Part shown: piece after piece, positions 11,129 to 21,877 of the stretch | Numbering within the stretch: position 1 is the stretch's first letter | Layout of the letters: each line of letters begins with the position of its first letter | From: Nitrosopumilus sp. | GTDB lineage: Archaea; Thermoproteota; Nitrososphaeria; Nitrososphaerales; Nitrosopumilaceae | Length of the DNA: 64,000 nt | Direction: 5' to 3' | Assembly: GCA_965238275.1 (NCBI GenBank) | Contig: OZ250186.1 | Span: 1,344,001 to 1,408,000 of the forward strand | Translations under genes and position numbers: made by a program | The notes under the pieces: generated by a model | Databases searched by the model: none | The model's input: the letters and a program-made list of their open reading frames with translations, nothing else | Told to the model about the DNA's origin: nothing

Positions 11129-12437
11129 CTACACATAGGTATTCGGGATTATGATTATGCCGGTGTGAAGCAGGGCGACGACTTCACCCGACACGACTGT
11201 GGCGGCAGCTACAATTCCAAGCGCCTTTGCCGTTCCGAACACGTTTATCCTCTTTACTGCCCTTGTGGTCACAATCAGGATCCATATTCCAAGCAAGGCT
11301 GCGACTATATTGTGCAGAACGACGGGGGCATTGGAAAAGAATGATTGCATGGATGGTTCGTGGATGATTGTGTGATGCGACTCGAATGCCAGTATGGGGT
11401 CAGGCAGTAAAGGGCCGGGCAGTATGGGACCAATCAGCACCGGGATGTACAGCATGTGTGTGAAAGATTGCGACAAACGTCCTTTTCCAGTACCGGTTGC
11501 CGCCTAGCCTCCTTCCGACAACGTAAATTATCAAGGGCATGGCCGCGCTGCGCGCTAGGATTGTCACTACATGCCTCCGCAAATAGTCCGTGCCTGATAA
11601 ATCCAATTGCACGAAGGTAACGCCCGCCGATATGAAGATGATGCTCAAGATTGTCGCGAACAAGGACATGGCAACGACCCGCCCTACCTCGCCGGCAGAA
11701 TCATAGAGTGACTGGTGCCATGACCCCGCCGGCACAGTGCAGAACTCCTCATGGTCAAGGCTTGCTACCGTGTCATCGTAACCCTGTGAATAAAAAAAGT
11801 AATCCCGCGATTTATCGAGGCAGCCAATACCGTAGTGGTCCAGATCGGTTATTTCGCCGGTACACGCGTCGGCGCGAAAGTGAACCGTTGCCCTCTTTCC
11901 GTCCCAGGACGAGGCAGAAAATGTATAGGGAAACAAGGACGAATCCTCCTCCCGCCCGTCTTGCAGGGCTATCTTGATTGGGTAGCCAGAGTATTTCTCG
12001 ACAAACATCCCAAACAGCCCTGCCTGGCGTATTCCCTGAAGGTGGGCCGGAATGTTTTCTGCCAGGCCGCAGCCCTGAAATTTCCCATCAGCACTCTCCG
12101 CATTCCTGTCGAACGGGAAAAAACCCAAGGAGACCTCAGACGCTCTTATTCCAAGAGTGTCGCGTGTGGCATTGGCGATCCTATGCTGAAACAGCTCAGT
12201 CTGCTCGCCAAGCTTCTCCTGCTCGCCAAGCTTCTCCTGTTCGCCGTTTTGCCGGTAAATGACGGCCTGCTCGTTCATCCTTGAGAGTGCCTCACCGTGT
12301 GCCTCCGGTCTGGATTCCGATATGGCCAGATCCGCGGTCCTCTCCAAGGGCGTAACGTCTCCAACGGTGGCAGCGTATGCTGCAATGATGCACAAGCTCA
12401 AAGCCGCCATGATTCCCAAGACGGTGGGAATCTTCAC
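11129..12437 (-). pseudogene. Secreted domain fused to a YIP1-like membrane domain, frameshifted at a (CA)4 tract near 11455-11462
   Basis: ORFs 11400..12437 and 11129..11476 together align with paralog 43324..43941 (RRLGG..W..TF..FH.H; ..FGTAKA). Confidence 0.75.
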
Positions 12438-12680
12438 CCGTTTGGATCACTGGCATTTGGTTCGTGGCGTCCTGAGACCGACACGTGGGTAAATCCGCGG
12501 ATAACCGGGTACTGCTGGCTTGCCGGGGGCTGCAATGCGCCGCCGCGATTGCGGCGCGCCGCAGGCCAATTCGTCAAAAGGCAGCCTTTGAATTGTAGTT
12601 CAGGCGCCCAAAAAAAGGGGCCCGAGCATCAGGCATGCAGAAACTGTAAACTATTAGAGGCAAAAATTCTAGATTCATTC

Positions 12681-12830
12681 TCATACATCTACCAAAATGT
12701 CTTCCACGATAATTCGGATCTGCTTGCCATCAAGATCATCCACGTTCTTGTGGAATCGTTTTGGGATAACGATCACTCTCATTTTTCCCTGGTGGGACAC
12801 CACGGATACAAAATCCAACACTTTATTCAT
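12681..12830 (-). CDS. Small AbrB/swapped-hairpin-like DNA-binding protein (49 aa)
   Basis: Manual translation MNKVLDFVSVVSHQGKMRVIVIPKRFHKNVDDLDGKQIRIIVEDILVDV; pattern G...I.IPK.......G..I.I.V. Confidence 0.6.
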   Translation of the reverse strand: MNKVLDFVSVVSHQGKMRVIVIPKRFHKNVDDLDGKQIRIIVEDILVDV

Positions 12831-12874
12831 GCTAGATATACACATTTACCTTTGATAAACATAGTTATATGGAT

Positions 12875-12924
12875 ATATGTATATATATAAATATCGATAT
12901 ATATACATATGAATATATACATAT
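12875..12924. promoter_or_regulatory. AT-rich inverted/direct repeat, putative operator
   Basis: ATATGTATATATAT (12875-12888) and ATATATATACATAT (12897-12910) form a perfect inverted repeat; ATATATACATAT recurs at 12913-12924. Confidence 0.45.
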
Positions 12925-14060
12925 CAATTATATGGTTTAAGGATCATCCGTATAGACGCACGCTGCGAGGCTGCCACAAGCTGCATGGATCGAGGGATGC
13001 AGTAAAGCCATGTCTGACCGGCAGGCGTGCGCGGGCGGATCTGGCATGACTATGGAGCGATTGCTTGTTTTTCATGTGGTAATGCAAGACCCACACGCTC
13101 CATTTTTAACACCCAGAGTCTAATGATGACGAACACTTGGCGATCATAAGGAACGCGGCAAGATTAGGCGGTCCTGAAAAAACACATTTCCATCTACTGA
13201 CTGTCACCCAACGTTCAAGAGTCGCGGGGCCGTTGCTGTTGTTGCACGCAATGACCATTTTCAGACCGGATCCGGCCGTCTTTCTTGTAAAACATGGCAG
13301 GAAAAAACATTCCTTTGTTCATGAGCAGTCAGGGATATGGTGTTGGGCGTATCCCTGATGCATTCAAAACAGTTTCGAACCTAGTCCTCATCGTATGATG
13401 ATTCCCTTACCTTCTTGAGAATACAGTATCTCTTCAGCATGTCTCTTAGAGCCATCATGTTATATTCGTGGCTCTGATATATTTGAATTACGGGAGAATG
13501 CAGTCTGCAGACCGAAATGGACGCAGATTCTATCTGGCACACAATCTATAAAACCTCCATGCCCGCCCAATTTTTAATTGAAGGTCAAAAACATCTCCTC
13601 GACTTCTGCCCTGATAAACATGATGGCCGACGGGCAGGTGCATACAAGTGGTATTGCAAGAAGGTTTCTTGGTATGCTGGATCTGGATCCGGGAAGGGAA
13701 CTTTTTGAAAAATGCGTCAGTTACTGGCCCCATTACCACCATGTGGTAAAAAACAGAAAGTCATGCATCCTGAACCTGGCCTGCAGTGCAATTGCAAACG
13801 ACGGGATTGAACAGGTAGTCGTGCTGGGGGCAGGGCTTGATCCCCTCTCGCTGGAGATCCATGCACGCCATGCCGGCTGCAAAATATTCGAGATTGATGT
13901 TGCAAACATGGACACAAAAACTGCCATGCTGCAGTCCATCAGCCCATCAATCACCGACTTTATCAAGTGCAACACCCTTGACCTGTCCAATACCGATGCC
14001 ATCATGCCAAGCCTCCTGAAGTCCGGATGGAATCCTGACGCACCATCGCTTATGATCCTT

Positions 14061-15231
14061 AGACATAATCCGTAATTGGGTATAACCACACGATTGGACG
14101 CATTGCAGGACAAATCCGGTTGATTGCACGGAATTGCATGTCAATTCGAACTTACCCGATGATCAAAACTATACGTCAGCCGTGTTTTATTCTGATTGCC
14201 CATGTCAAAGCATGTCATTATACGACAAATTAGCAAAAAAGCCCAAACTGTTCATCCGGTGCACTGGACTGACAGTCTCCGAATTTAATTTGGTGGCAGG
14301 GCGGCTGGCAAAAAAATACCCCAGGGCAGAGCAAAAGCGACTCTCCAAAAGAAGCAGGGTGCGCGGCATTGGTGCCGGACGCAGGTGGAAACTGGATCTG
14401 AAAAACAGGTTTCTTCTGGTCCTGTTTTATTACAGGACATACGCCACACAGGATCTTCTTGCCATGGTGTTTCAGGTGGGCCAGGCTAGCGTGTCCCGCA
14501 GCATGGGGGCACTGGAGCCGTCGATCCGGCAGTGCGTTCCGCTTCCGTCAAAGATCTACGCCAGCATCAAGGCCACCAAGACGCTTGACGATCTTGAGGA
14601 GATCATTCCGGGCCTGACTGCCCTGATTGATGCCTCCGAGCAGCAGATACAACGTCCCGGGCGCAAGGACATGGAACGGTCCCACTACTCGGGCAAGGCA
14701 CACAGGCACACGTCCAAGGTCCAGTACACATCGGCCACGGACGGCCTCATCCTTCACAAGACCCGGCATTCCCCGGGCAGGATCCACGACTTTGCAGTAT
14801 TCAAAAAGAAACACCCGACATTCCCTGACAACCTTCCACGCAAGGACGGGAGCAAGGACAAGAAAAGGATCAAGGTCAGAGAGATCCTGGATGGCGGATA
14901 CCAGGGGATCAACAAGGAGTTTCCTGACCGGGATGCCGTAGTGCCGTACAAGAAGCAAAAAGGTGCAGAATTGTCCCCCGAGCAGAAGGAATTCAACAAA
15001 AAACACTCAAAGGTACGGGTGTATGTGGAGCACGCCATCCGCAGGGTCAAACGGTTTCGCATAATGGGCGGTGTCTACCGAAACCGCCTGAAAAAATATG
15101 ACACCATCAATGACATCGTTTGCGGATTTGCCAACCTCAGGGTTCTCCTAGTCCGGGAAGCAATCGGGTAGGAGTCAAAAACCTACACAATATAGGAAAA
15201 TATGCACAATTTCTAATTACGGATTATGTCT
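14061..15231 (+). mobile_element. IS5-family element (DDE_Tnp_4, ISL2/Harbinger-like), 3-bp TSD CTT
   Basis: 17-bp TIR AGACATAATCCGTAATT at both ends; CTT at 14058-14060 and 15232-15234. Confidence 0.93.
14212..15171 (+). CDS. IS5-family transposase (HTH + DDE_Tnp_4)
   Basis: IDASE, YSGK, HD, DGGYQG and RVYVEHAI motifs; intact frame. Confidence 0.92.
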   Translation: MSLYDKLAKKPKLFIRCTGLTVSEFNLVAGRLAKKYPRAEQKRLSKRSRVRGIGAGRRWKLDLKNRFLLVLFYYRTYATQDLLAMVFQVGQASVSRSMGALEPSIRQCVPLPSKIYASIKATKTLDDLEEIIPGLTALIDASEQQIQRPGRKDMERSHYSGKAHRHTSKVQYTSATDGLILHKTRHSPGRIHDFAVFKKKHPTFPDNLPRKDGSKDKKRIKVREILDGGYQGINKEFPDRDAVVPYKKQKGAELSPEQKEFNKKHSKVRVYVEHAIRRVKRFRIMGGVYRNRLKKYDTINDIVCGFANLRVLLVREAIG

Positions 15232-15892
15232 CTTGAAGGCATATCATACTATCTGGCAGCCGATGCCCTCTGGAAGACGATCGGCATACTAAAGAGCGCA
15301 TCCGGGGCAAACCGAATCATTCTGGAATATTTTGTCCCGTCAGAGAAGATCTCCAAGGACCGGCTGCCCATAGCACGGTATCCGTTTGATCTGATTGCCA
15401 GCGATGCTGGTATTGCACATATTACAAGATATGATGTCGATGACATCGCCGCCCGCGCAGAACGCCTTGGTGGTAAACTGCTCCAGCATTACGACATGGG
15501 TCGGATGGAACAGGAAAGAATGCCCGAATGTACACTGTTTAAAGCCCCCCAAAGCGGATGGATCGAGGTGTGCATGTTTTCCGTCTGATCCCGGACGGTT
15601 TCTGGAAACCCTGACGGATTATTCCGATACGGTGTATGCAGATATCCAATTTTTGTGGCGTCGTCATGAACGAGGCTACAAGAGAACTGCAGTGCATGGC
15701 CGGCATGCAAAAGACGGCAGACGGTTCTTTAGAGTATGTGATTGACTCAACACATCCGCATTTATCAGCAATTCCCAAGATATACAGAAGTATCTTGAAA
15801 ATGCGGTATTGAATTTTGAGACAAGAATTCCCTTTTCGCGCATGGCAGTTGAGACGGTATTGCTTTTTATTTGTCCCTTACAATTGTGCCGT

Positions 15893-16000
15893 ATGGAAGA
15901 TTTATTGGATGCGTCTTCAACCTTTATGACGCTAAATATAATACTTGGAGTTGTTGGAGGCGGTGCCCTGCTGGGAATCTATTTCTGGTTCAAGAGATGA
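15893..16000 (+). CDS. Small single-TM peptide (35 aa)
   Basis: MEDLLDASSTFMTLNIILGVVGGGALLGIYFWFKR; hydrophobic helix with a basic tail. Confidence 0.4.
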   Translation: MEDLLDASSTFMTLNIILGVVGGGALLGIYFWFKR

Positions 16001-16188
16001 CACGACAGATCGTATCCGGTCGGGGCTCCACAATTGATTCCAAAATTCAGTTAATAAAATCCATTTTTAGCGGAAGTATATTCGACTGAATATGTCCTTG
16101 ATTGACCATCTCATAGGGATTATGAAAAACATGGAAGAAAATCCCATGTGCGGGCAGTTAAAATTAAGTTTTCCTCAAGGGGAATAAT

Positions 16189-17694
16189 AGAAAATATGCG
16201 TAATCCGGAACTTTTTCAAACTTCGTTGACATGTTAGCCCTGCTGTCAAAAATTTATGATCCATTCAATTAAAACCAAAATATGCCGGTTCATACTGTTG
16301 TCGAATCAGGAAACAAGTGACCTGCAAAAAGAGAATAGGGTTCTCAGAGACATGATCAAGCGCCAGGACGCAGCTGCCAGGCACGAGCAAAGCCTGTGGA
16401 GCACGCGGGACGGCTCCGAGTCCGGAGCCGCAGGAGAGCCCGCCCTGCTGCATCGCGTGGAGGTCCTTGATGAGATCATCAGAGTCGGGAAAAATCTTCA
16501 TGACGCGGCGCTGAAGTGCAGGGAACAGTTCCAATACATGCTTGACAGGGCCGAGGCGTGGATAAGGCAAAGCGGCAAATCCCCGCTCTTCAGGAGTGAC
16601 GAGACGGGGGCGTCGGATCCCGGGAACCGCTGCAAGCTGTACCCAAGGCACGCGCTGCTCATGTCACTGATGTACAAAAAGGGCAACCCCACGCAGGGCG
16701 TGCTTGCGGCATTCTTTGGAATAGACCAGGCGACCGTGTCCCGGTATATCGATGTGCTAGACGGGGTGCTTGAGGCGGTGCTTGAGGCGGTGCTTGAGGC
16801 GGTGCTGCCCACCGCTACCAACATCTCAAAGGAGATAGCAGGCACGGAGACAAAAGAGGATCTCAAAAAAATAATTTCCGGGCCTGACGGGGGCATCATG
16901 ATGATCGACGGCACGCACTGCCCCATACAGAGGCCGGACGAAAAACAGATGAGGAGCATGATGTATTCTGGCAAGAAGAAGAAATTCACGCTCAACACCA
17001 CCGTGTGCATAAACGAAAACGGGGCGATAGTCGCCATATCCGGCAGCACCGTGGGATCCGTCCACGACATCACGCTGCTCAGGGAGAGCCCGCCGCCGTT
17101 TGGAAGATGGTGGGACCGCATGTGCGACGAGAACACCCCCGAAGAGGACAGGATCCACACCCTTACTGACCGCGGCTACAAGGGAATCGCAAAGGATCTG
17201 CCCGGCACAAGCACCCTGCAGCCGCACAAGAAGACCAAGAACCACAAGCGCTTTACAAAGGAGGAAAAGGAGCACAACCATAAAATCAACTCTGCCCGGG
17301 TAAAGGTGGAGCACTCCATCGGCAGGCTGAAGCGGTACGGCCGGCTTACCGCGCCATACAAAGGAAAGATTGGCGACTTTAACAGGGAATTTAACATAAT
17401 AGCCGGGCTTGTAAACCTGGACCTCGTGTGGAACTACCTGGAGAAGGGACCTCCTTCAGGCGGCACGCTGGGGCCGGTAATAAACTGGGAACAGGCAAAC
17501 GCCCCCGGCAGCGCCGTTTCAAACAATTAATCCCGTGCACGTCGTGGTGCTGCAAGGCTGCGCACGTTATTTCGTATTTCGGGCAGGACGGGTTCCCACA
17601 CGCTTGACATGACGGGAATTAAATCAGAATTTTTAATATTTTCCGGAATTTTCCGGTTTAATCCAGCGAAATGGGGGGATTACGCATAGCTTCT
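16189..17694 (+). mobile_element. IS5-family element (DDE_Tnp_4), 3-bp TSD AAT
   Basis: TIR AGAAAATATGCGTAATCC / GGATTACGCATAGCTTCT (2 mismatches); AAT at 16186-16188 and 17695-17697. Confidence 0.88.
16256..17530 (+). CDS. IS5-family transposase with N-terminal extension
   Basis: IDGT, YSGKKK, HD, DRGYKG and RVKVEHSIG motifs. Confidence 0.9.
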   Translation: MIHSIKTKICRFILLSNQETSDLQKENRVLRDMIKRQDAAARHEQSLWSTRDGSESGAAGEPALLHRVEVLDEIIRVGKNLHDAALKCREQFQYMLDRAEAWIRQSGKSPLFRSDETGASDPGNRCKLYPRHALLMSLMYKKGNPTQGVLAAFFGIDQATVSRYIDVLDGVLEAVLEAVLEAVLPTATNISKEIAGTETKEDLKKIISGPDGGIMMIDGTHCPIQRPDEKQMRSMMYSGKKKKFTLNTTVCINENGAIVAISGSTVGSVHDITLLRESPPPFGRWWDRMCDENTPEEDRIHTLTDRGYKGIAKDLPGTSTLQPHKKTKNHKRFTKEEKEHNHKINSARVKVEHSIGRLKRYGRLTAPYKGKIGDFNREFNIIAGLVNLDLVWNYLEKGPPSGGTLGPVINWEQANAPGSAVSNN

Positions 17695-18221
17695 AATGTA
17701 AAACGGGGCTGGCTAACCGCGGAAAAGAACATCTAAAAGAGACAAAGCAAAAACTGGAAAAGGCAACAACACAGTCACAGGCAGGCATTTTTTATGCTGT
17801 AAAACGTATATATCTTAATGATCAAAAGAAATTATGGCATATGATTCTTATAAAGATGAAATAAAAAAAGCTAAAAATAAAATAGATTGTCTTAAAAAAT
17901 AATTATAGATCTTGAACAACATGAATTATATTCACTTGCCTCTGCTGCAAGAGATGAGTTGGAACGCGTAGAACAGGAACTTGATGATTTGGAATCATTA
18001 CGATAAAATATGATTGCCTCCGTGCTTTGGCAAGTTTGCGGGAGGTGGAAGGCATTAATATTTTTGTGATTTAATATCCAGTATGGCAGGCATGAAATTC
18101 CGGATCGGCTGGCCCTTCTCCCCCGAAACAACACATCCTGTGGGCATGTCCATTTTCTCCCAACTCGGAAGAAAATTCACGAGTCTGTGTACGAGCCAAC
18201 AGAACCGGCGCGGTACACCAA

Positions 18222-18359
18222 TCACATACTCTTTAGTATGTCATTGATGGCATCCGAGTAGCTGTAAGTCTTGTTGCTGCTCAGCATTACCTTTGCCTGG
18301 TGTTGTCGTACCTTCCGATCCAGATCATCATGGATCATGAATGTAACTCTTCTCCTCAT
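18222..18359 (-). CDS. Ribbon-helix-helix-like small protein (45 aa)
   Basis: Manual translation MRRRVTFMIHDDLDRKVRQHQAKVMLSSNKTYSYSDAINDILKSM; beta-strand followed by two helices. Confidence 0.7.
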   Translation of the reverse strand: MRRRVTFMIHDDLDRKVRQHQAKVMLSSNKTYSYSDAINDILKSM

Positions 18360-18552
18360 GCTATACATACGCTGTTTCATTATTTATACCGCAACATCCA
18401 TCTTTGATTATAACACTCATCCTGTGGGCTGCATAACGTCATTCATCACACTATTCATTATGGAGCGGGTTATGTTCGTGGTACCTAATGGGCATCCCAT
18501 GCGGCAGATTGTGTTACTCGGGTTTTGCCATACCATGAGTATGAGCCGGCAT

Positions 18553-21500
18553 CTACCCGTCTATGATACTTGACTCGCATATGCTGGCGTACGGGCACCT
18601 GCTACAGACATGACCTGGCGTCGCCTTGAAGTTTTCCTTGAGAATCTCCCCAACCATGTCTTTGATTGAGTTCATGGACTCCTCTACTGACTCCCTTTTA
18701 ATGTCGTACTCGACCATTTTGTCCTTTTCAAGATAAAACAGTGATGCCTTTACCGGAAGCACCCCGTGCATCTTTTTTACTGCCTTTGCATAGATGTTTA
18801 GCTGCGGATCAATTCGTGCCTTTGGCCTGCTTAGGAGGCTTTTTCCCGACTTAAAGTCCACAACCTCATATCCGCCCTCGGGATTCTTCTCTAGCCTGTC
18901 AATTTTTCCATTAAACCTGACTCCTCCAATCTCCAGACTAAAGGGAATCTCGGTTCCCACCAGCTCGTTTTTGGACCTGCTGTCCCATCCCAGATATGTC
19001 CCCGTCATCTGTCTTATCCTGTCCTTTGCAGACTTTTCGTCAATTTTGCTCCGGTATGGCTTGGACCTCCATTCCTTTTCAAACATCTTCAGTCCGTCAT
19101 CAAGTGTGGGCTCTTGGCCGTCTTTCTTCCTCCTTGAAAACTCCTCGGCTATCTTGTGTATGGCGTTTCCAAGATCCAATGCACTGCTTGTGTGCTGGGG
19201 AATCCGCATGATCTTGCCGAATTCAAACTGTTGCGGACATGTGATGTATGACTTGATGCTGGATGCAGAAAGGGTCAGGTTCTTGTGGTTGAATGCAGGC
19301 TGCCTGGCCTTTACAGGCGGAGCAACCTCTTCCATATCAACATCCAGTATACTTTTGGGATCAAAGCCATCGGACGTTCCAAATTTCTCACAATGCTCTA
19401 TCCATGCAAGCTCGACTATCCTCAGGATGGCAGCCTTTGGATGCATGCCATATATTGCCTCTGATGCCTGCCTTTGTTTTTCTGCCTTTGCGTGCTCTTT
19501 GGGATCCGGACCTTGTATGTCTGACTGTCCGGATTCGGCAAATCTTATGAAATCTATCCGAGGGTTGGTCTCATAGTTTAGGGCAGTCAGAAACCGGGAC
19601 GGTTTTGACTCGGTGACATTCTGTTCATATCTCCCCGGATACATTATGTACAGTCTGTTCATGGCTCTAGTTGCCGATACATAAAACAGTCTCCTCTCTT
19701 CGTCATCATGGGCCTCTTTGGAATCGCCTGTCTTGTTGACTCTCCCTGACAATCCCTCTGGCATCCCAAACAGTCTCTCACTGTACCGCACCGGAAACCT
19801 TCGATCTGCCACATCCGGAATAAAGACCACCGGAAATTCTTTTCCCTTGCTTTTGTGCATGGTCATTACATTGACTGCATCGTCCGGACCGTCATCCTCT
19901 GCCTCAATTCCGTTATGACCCAGAACCGGCAGATACTGCAAAAAGTCACCAATCCCATGATCCGGAAATACATCCTGATACTCCTTGGCCATCTTGTAAA
20001 ATTTATTTAGCACCCGGATGCTTTTTCTGTCCTGCAAGCCCTCCCCGTCTACAAGTTTTTTGTAGACGCCTGATTCTTCCATCATTATCCCGCGTACCGT
20101 TTCGCTTATGGCAGTACCTGAATACTTTTTGATTATGTTGTCCAGACGTTCTGCAATTTCCAAAACCGCCTGTTTCTGGGTAATGTCAAGTCCGGAATAC
20201 TCCCTCATAGTCTTCAAAACGCAGTCATCGCGTCTGTTGTCCGGCTCCCCTGCCGTTCTACGCGCCGCACCATTAACCACTATGATGTTCTGTTCTGATA
20301 TTCCGTGTTTTTTTAGCAGCCTGAATATCTCCATCCCTGAAGTGGCAGGAGAATGTATGACTTTGAGGTACGCTACAATCTCAAGAATGATCTGGTTGGC
20401 ACGGATGTCAGTATTCCCGATGAACGTGGCCGGTATTCCAAGGGATTTTAGCGCATGGGCAAATTTGTAGCCGTCCCTCTTACGTCTTGACAGAACGGCA
20501 ATGTCCCTGTATGATATCTGACGCTCATCGCTGCCACAACGCCTGACCGGCTTGCCTATCAAATCCCGTACGGTCCTTGCAATGTATTCTGCCTCCCCCC
20601 CGTCAGTATCCGTGCAGACCACCGCGATCTTCTCCCCTGCCTCATTTTCCGTATGCTCCTCTTCTGTCCTGCCCAGAATCTGGTTTGCAACTGCTATGAT
20701 GTTTTTAGTGCTGCGATAGTTTGTTGCAAGCTCAATCCTTTGATGATTGGGATAATCCCTCTCAAAATCCTCAAATGCCCCCTGATGTGCTCCCTGGAAT
20801 CCCATGATTGCCTGATCGCCATCTCCGACCACCGTGACGTTTTGGTGTTCTCCAAGAATCTTGACTAGCTCCAGTTGGGTGTAGTTGTTGTCCTGAAACT
20901 CGTCAATCATAATATGCTGAAATTTTTTCTGGTATCTATTTCGCAGAACCTCATTGTCCGTAAGCAGCTTGGCTGCCCTGTATACCATGTCCTCAAAATC
21001 TATAAAGTTCTGTTCATCCTTGTACTCCTCATACTGCCGGTACACCTTGTTAAGCTCGTTGAGCCTGTAAACCAACTCTATCTGGCCGTCATCATCCTGC
21101 TTGGCATCTGCGGATTTCAAATCACCTGGGGGCTCGAATGCGGACATCTTCAGGTCAATTAACTCCTGCAAGCCATTGTGGCTGATCATCTCCTGCTTGA
21201 ACCTGCTTATTGCCTCAAGTACTGCACTGTACAGCTCATTCCAGCCCCTTCCAACGTTGATGTATCTGGGATCAAGCTTGAACCTGTCGGTGTTTCTAAG
21301 ACACCATGCTATCTGTAGCGGTCTGTCAAACACCCTGGCCCCATGCCCGATTCCGGACTCGATCAAGTTCTCCTCTATGAGCTCCTTTGAAAATGCATGA
21401 AACGTGGATACCTTGACATCTGCAACCCCTTTATTTTCCAATCTCTGTTTCATCTCGCCTGTAGCCTTCTCGGTAAAGGTCATACACAGAATGGATGATT

Positions 21501-21639
21501 CCGGGACTCCTGACCTTATCAGGTTGAGCACCTTGTTGACAAGGACAAAAGTCTTTCCGCTTCCGGGGCCTGCAACAACCATCAGGGGCCCCTCCCTATG
21601 ATCTGCTACCTGTTTCTGCCTTTCATTTAATGTAACCAA
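18553..21639 (-). CDS. UvrD/PcrA-type SF1 helicase fused to a C-terminal PD-(D/E)XK (RecB/AddB-like) nuclease with 4 Cys
   Basis: AGPGSGKT, IDEFQD, VGDGDQ, NYRS, TMHKSKGKEF and YVSATRA; GKIDRL..VVDFKSG; C...CxxCxxxxxC Fe-S-type ligands. Confidence 0.93.
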   Translation of the reverse strand: MVTLNERQKQVADHREGPLMVVAGPGSGKTFVLVNKVLNLIRSGVPESSILCMTFTEKATGEMKQRLENKGVADVKVSTFHAFSKELIEENLIESGIGHGARVFDRPLQIAWCLRNTDRFKLDPRYINVGRGWNELYSAVLEAISRFKQEMISHNGLQELIDLKMSAFEPPGDLKSADAKQDDDGQIELVYRLNELNKVYRQYEEYKDEQNFIDFEDMVYRAAKLLTDNEVLRNRYQKKFQHIMIDEFQDNNYTQLELVKILGEHQNVTVVGDGDQAIMGFQGAHQGAFEDFERDYPNHQRIELATNYRSTKNIIAVANQILGRTEEEHTENEAGEKIAVVCTDTDGGEAEYIARTVRDLIGKPVRRCGSDERQISYRDIAVLSRRKRDGYKFAHALKSLGIPATFIGNTDIRANQIILEIVAYLKVIHSPATSGMEIFRLLKKHGISEQNIIVVNGAARRTAGEPDNRRDDCVLKTMREYSGLDITQKQAVLEIAERLDNIIKKYSGTAISETVRGIMMEESGVYKKLVDGEGLQDRKSIRVLNKFYKMAKEYQDVFPDHGIGDFLQYLPVLGHNGIEAEDDGPDDAVNVMTMHKSKGKEFPVVFIPDVADRRFPVRYSERLFGMPEGLSGRVNKTGDSKEAHDDEERRLFYVSATRAMNRLYIMYPGRYEQNVTESKPSRFLTALNYETNPRIDFIRFAESGQSDIQGPDPKEHAKAEKQRQASEAIYGMHPKAAILRIVELAWIEHCEKFGTSDGFDPKSILDVDMEEVAPPVKARQPAFNHKNLTLSASSIKSYITCPQQFEFGKIMRIPQHTSSALDLGNAIHKIAEEFSRRKKDGQEPTLDDGLKMFEKEWRSKPYRSKIDEKSAKDRIRQMTGTYLGWDSRSKNELVGTEIPFSLEIGGVRFNGKIDRLEKNPEGGYEVVDFKSGKSLLSRPKARIDPQLNIYAKAVKKMHGVLPVKASLFYLEKDKMVEYDIKRESVEESMNSIKDMVGEILKENFKATPGHVCSRCPYASICESSIIDG

Positions 21640-21792
21640 ACCGCTAATTCACAATCCCACACACAAAAATTGTTGCTGCTAGATATTTGAATGTGTTTTT
21701 CAGATCCGCCGCCACCCTCCTCATTCGGATTCCCTGCTGTCTGCATGCTGCTCGTCGTCGTAAAACCATCATGACTCCTGCTGTTGCACCCT

Positions 21793-21876
21793 CTAGCCGC
21801 GCTTGCCGTAAATCATGGGCTCGTCGTCATCGTCTTCAAACTCCCGGATGATCCTGGGGTATGACGCCTCTGCCAT
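21793..21876 (-). CDS. Putative acidic micro-peptide (27 aa)
   Basis: MAEASYPRIIREFEDDDDEPMIYGKRG begins 1 nt after the PIN stop (TAG-A-ATG). Confidence 0.35.
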   Translation of the reverse strand: MAEASYPRIIREFEDDDDEPMIYGKRG

Positions 21877-21877
21877 T

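Larger units (their letters stand above)
13578..15588 (+). pseudogene. Class I SAM-dependent methyltransferase (leucine carboxyl methyltransferase-like), split by an IS
   Basis: QVVVLGAGLD and FEID motifs; removing 14061..15234 rejoins ...MIL-EGISYYL in frame. Confidence 0.9.

Noticed and set aside
13140-13460. Possible minus-strand pseudogene
   Set aside because: Multiple stops and no identifiable motif
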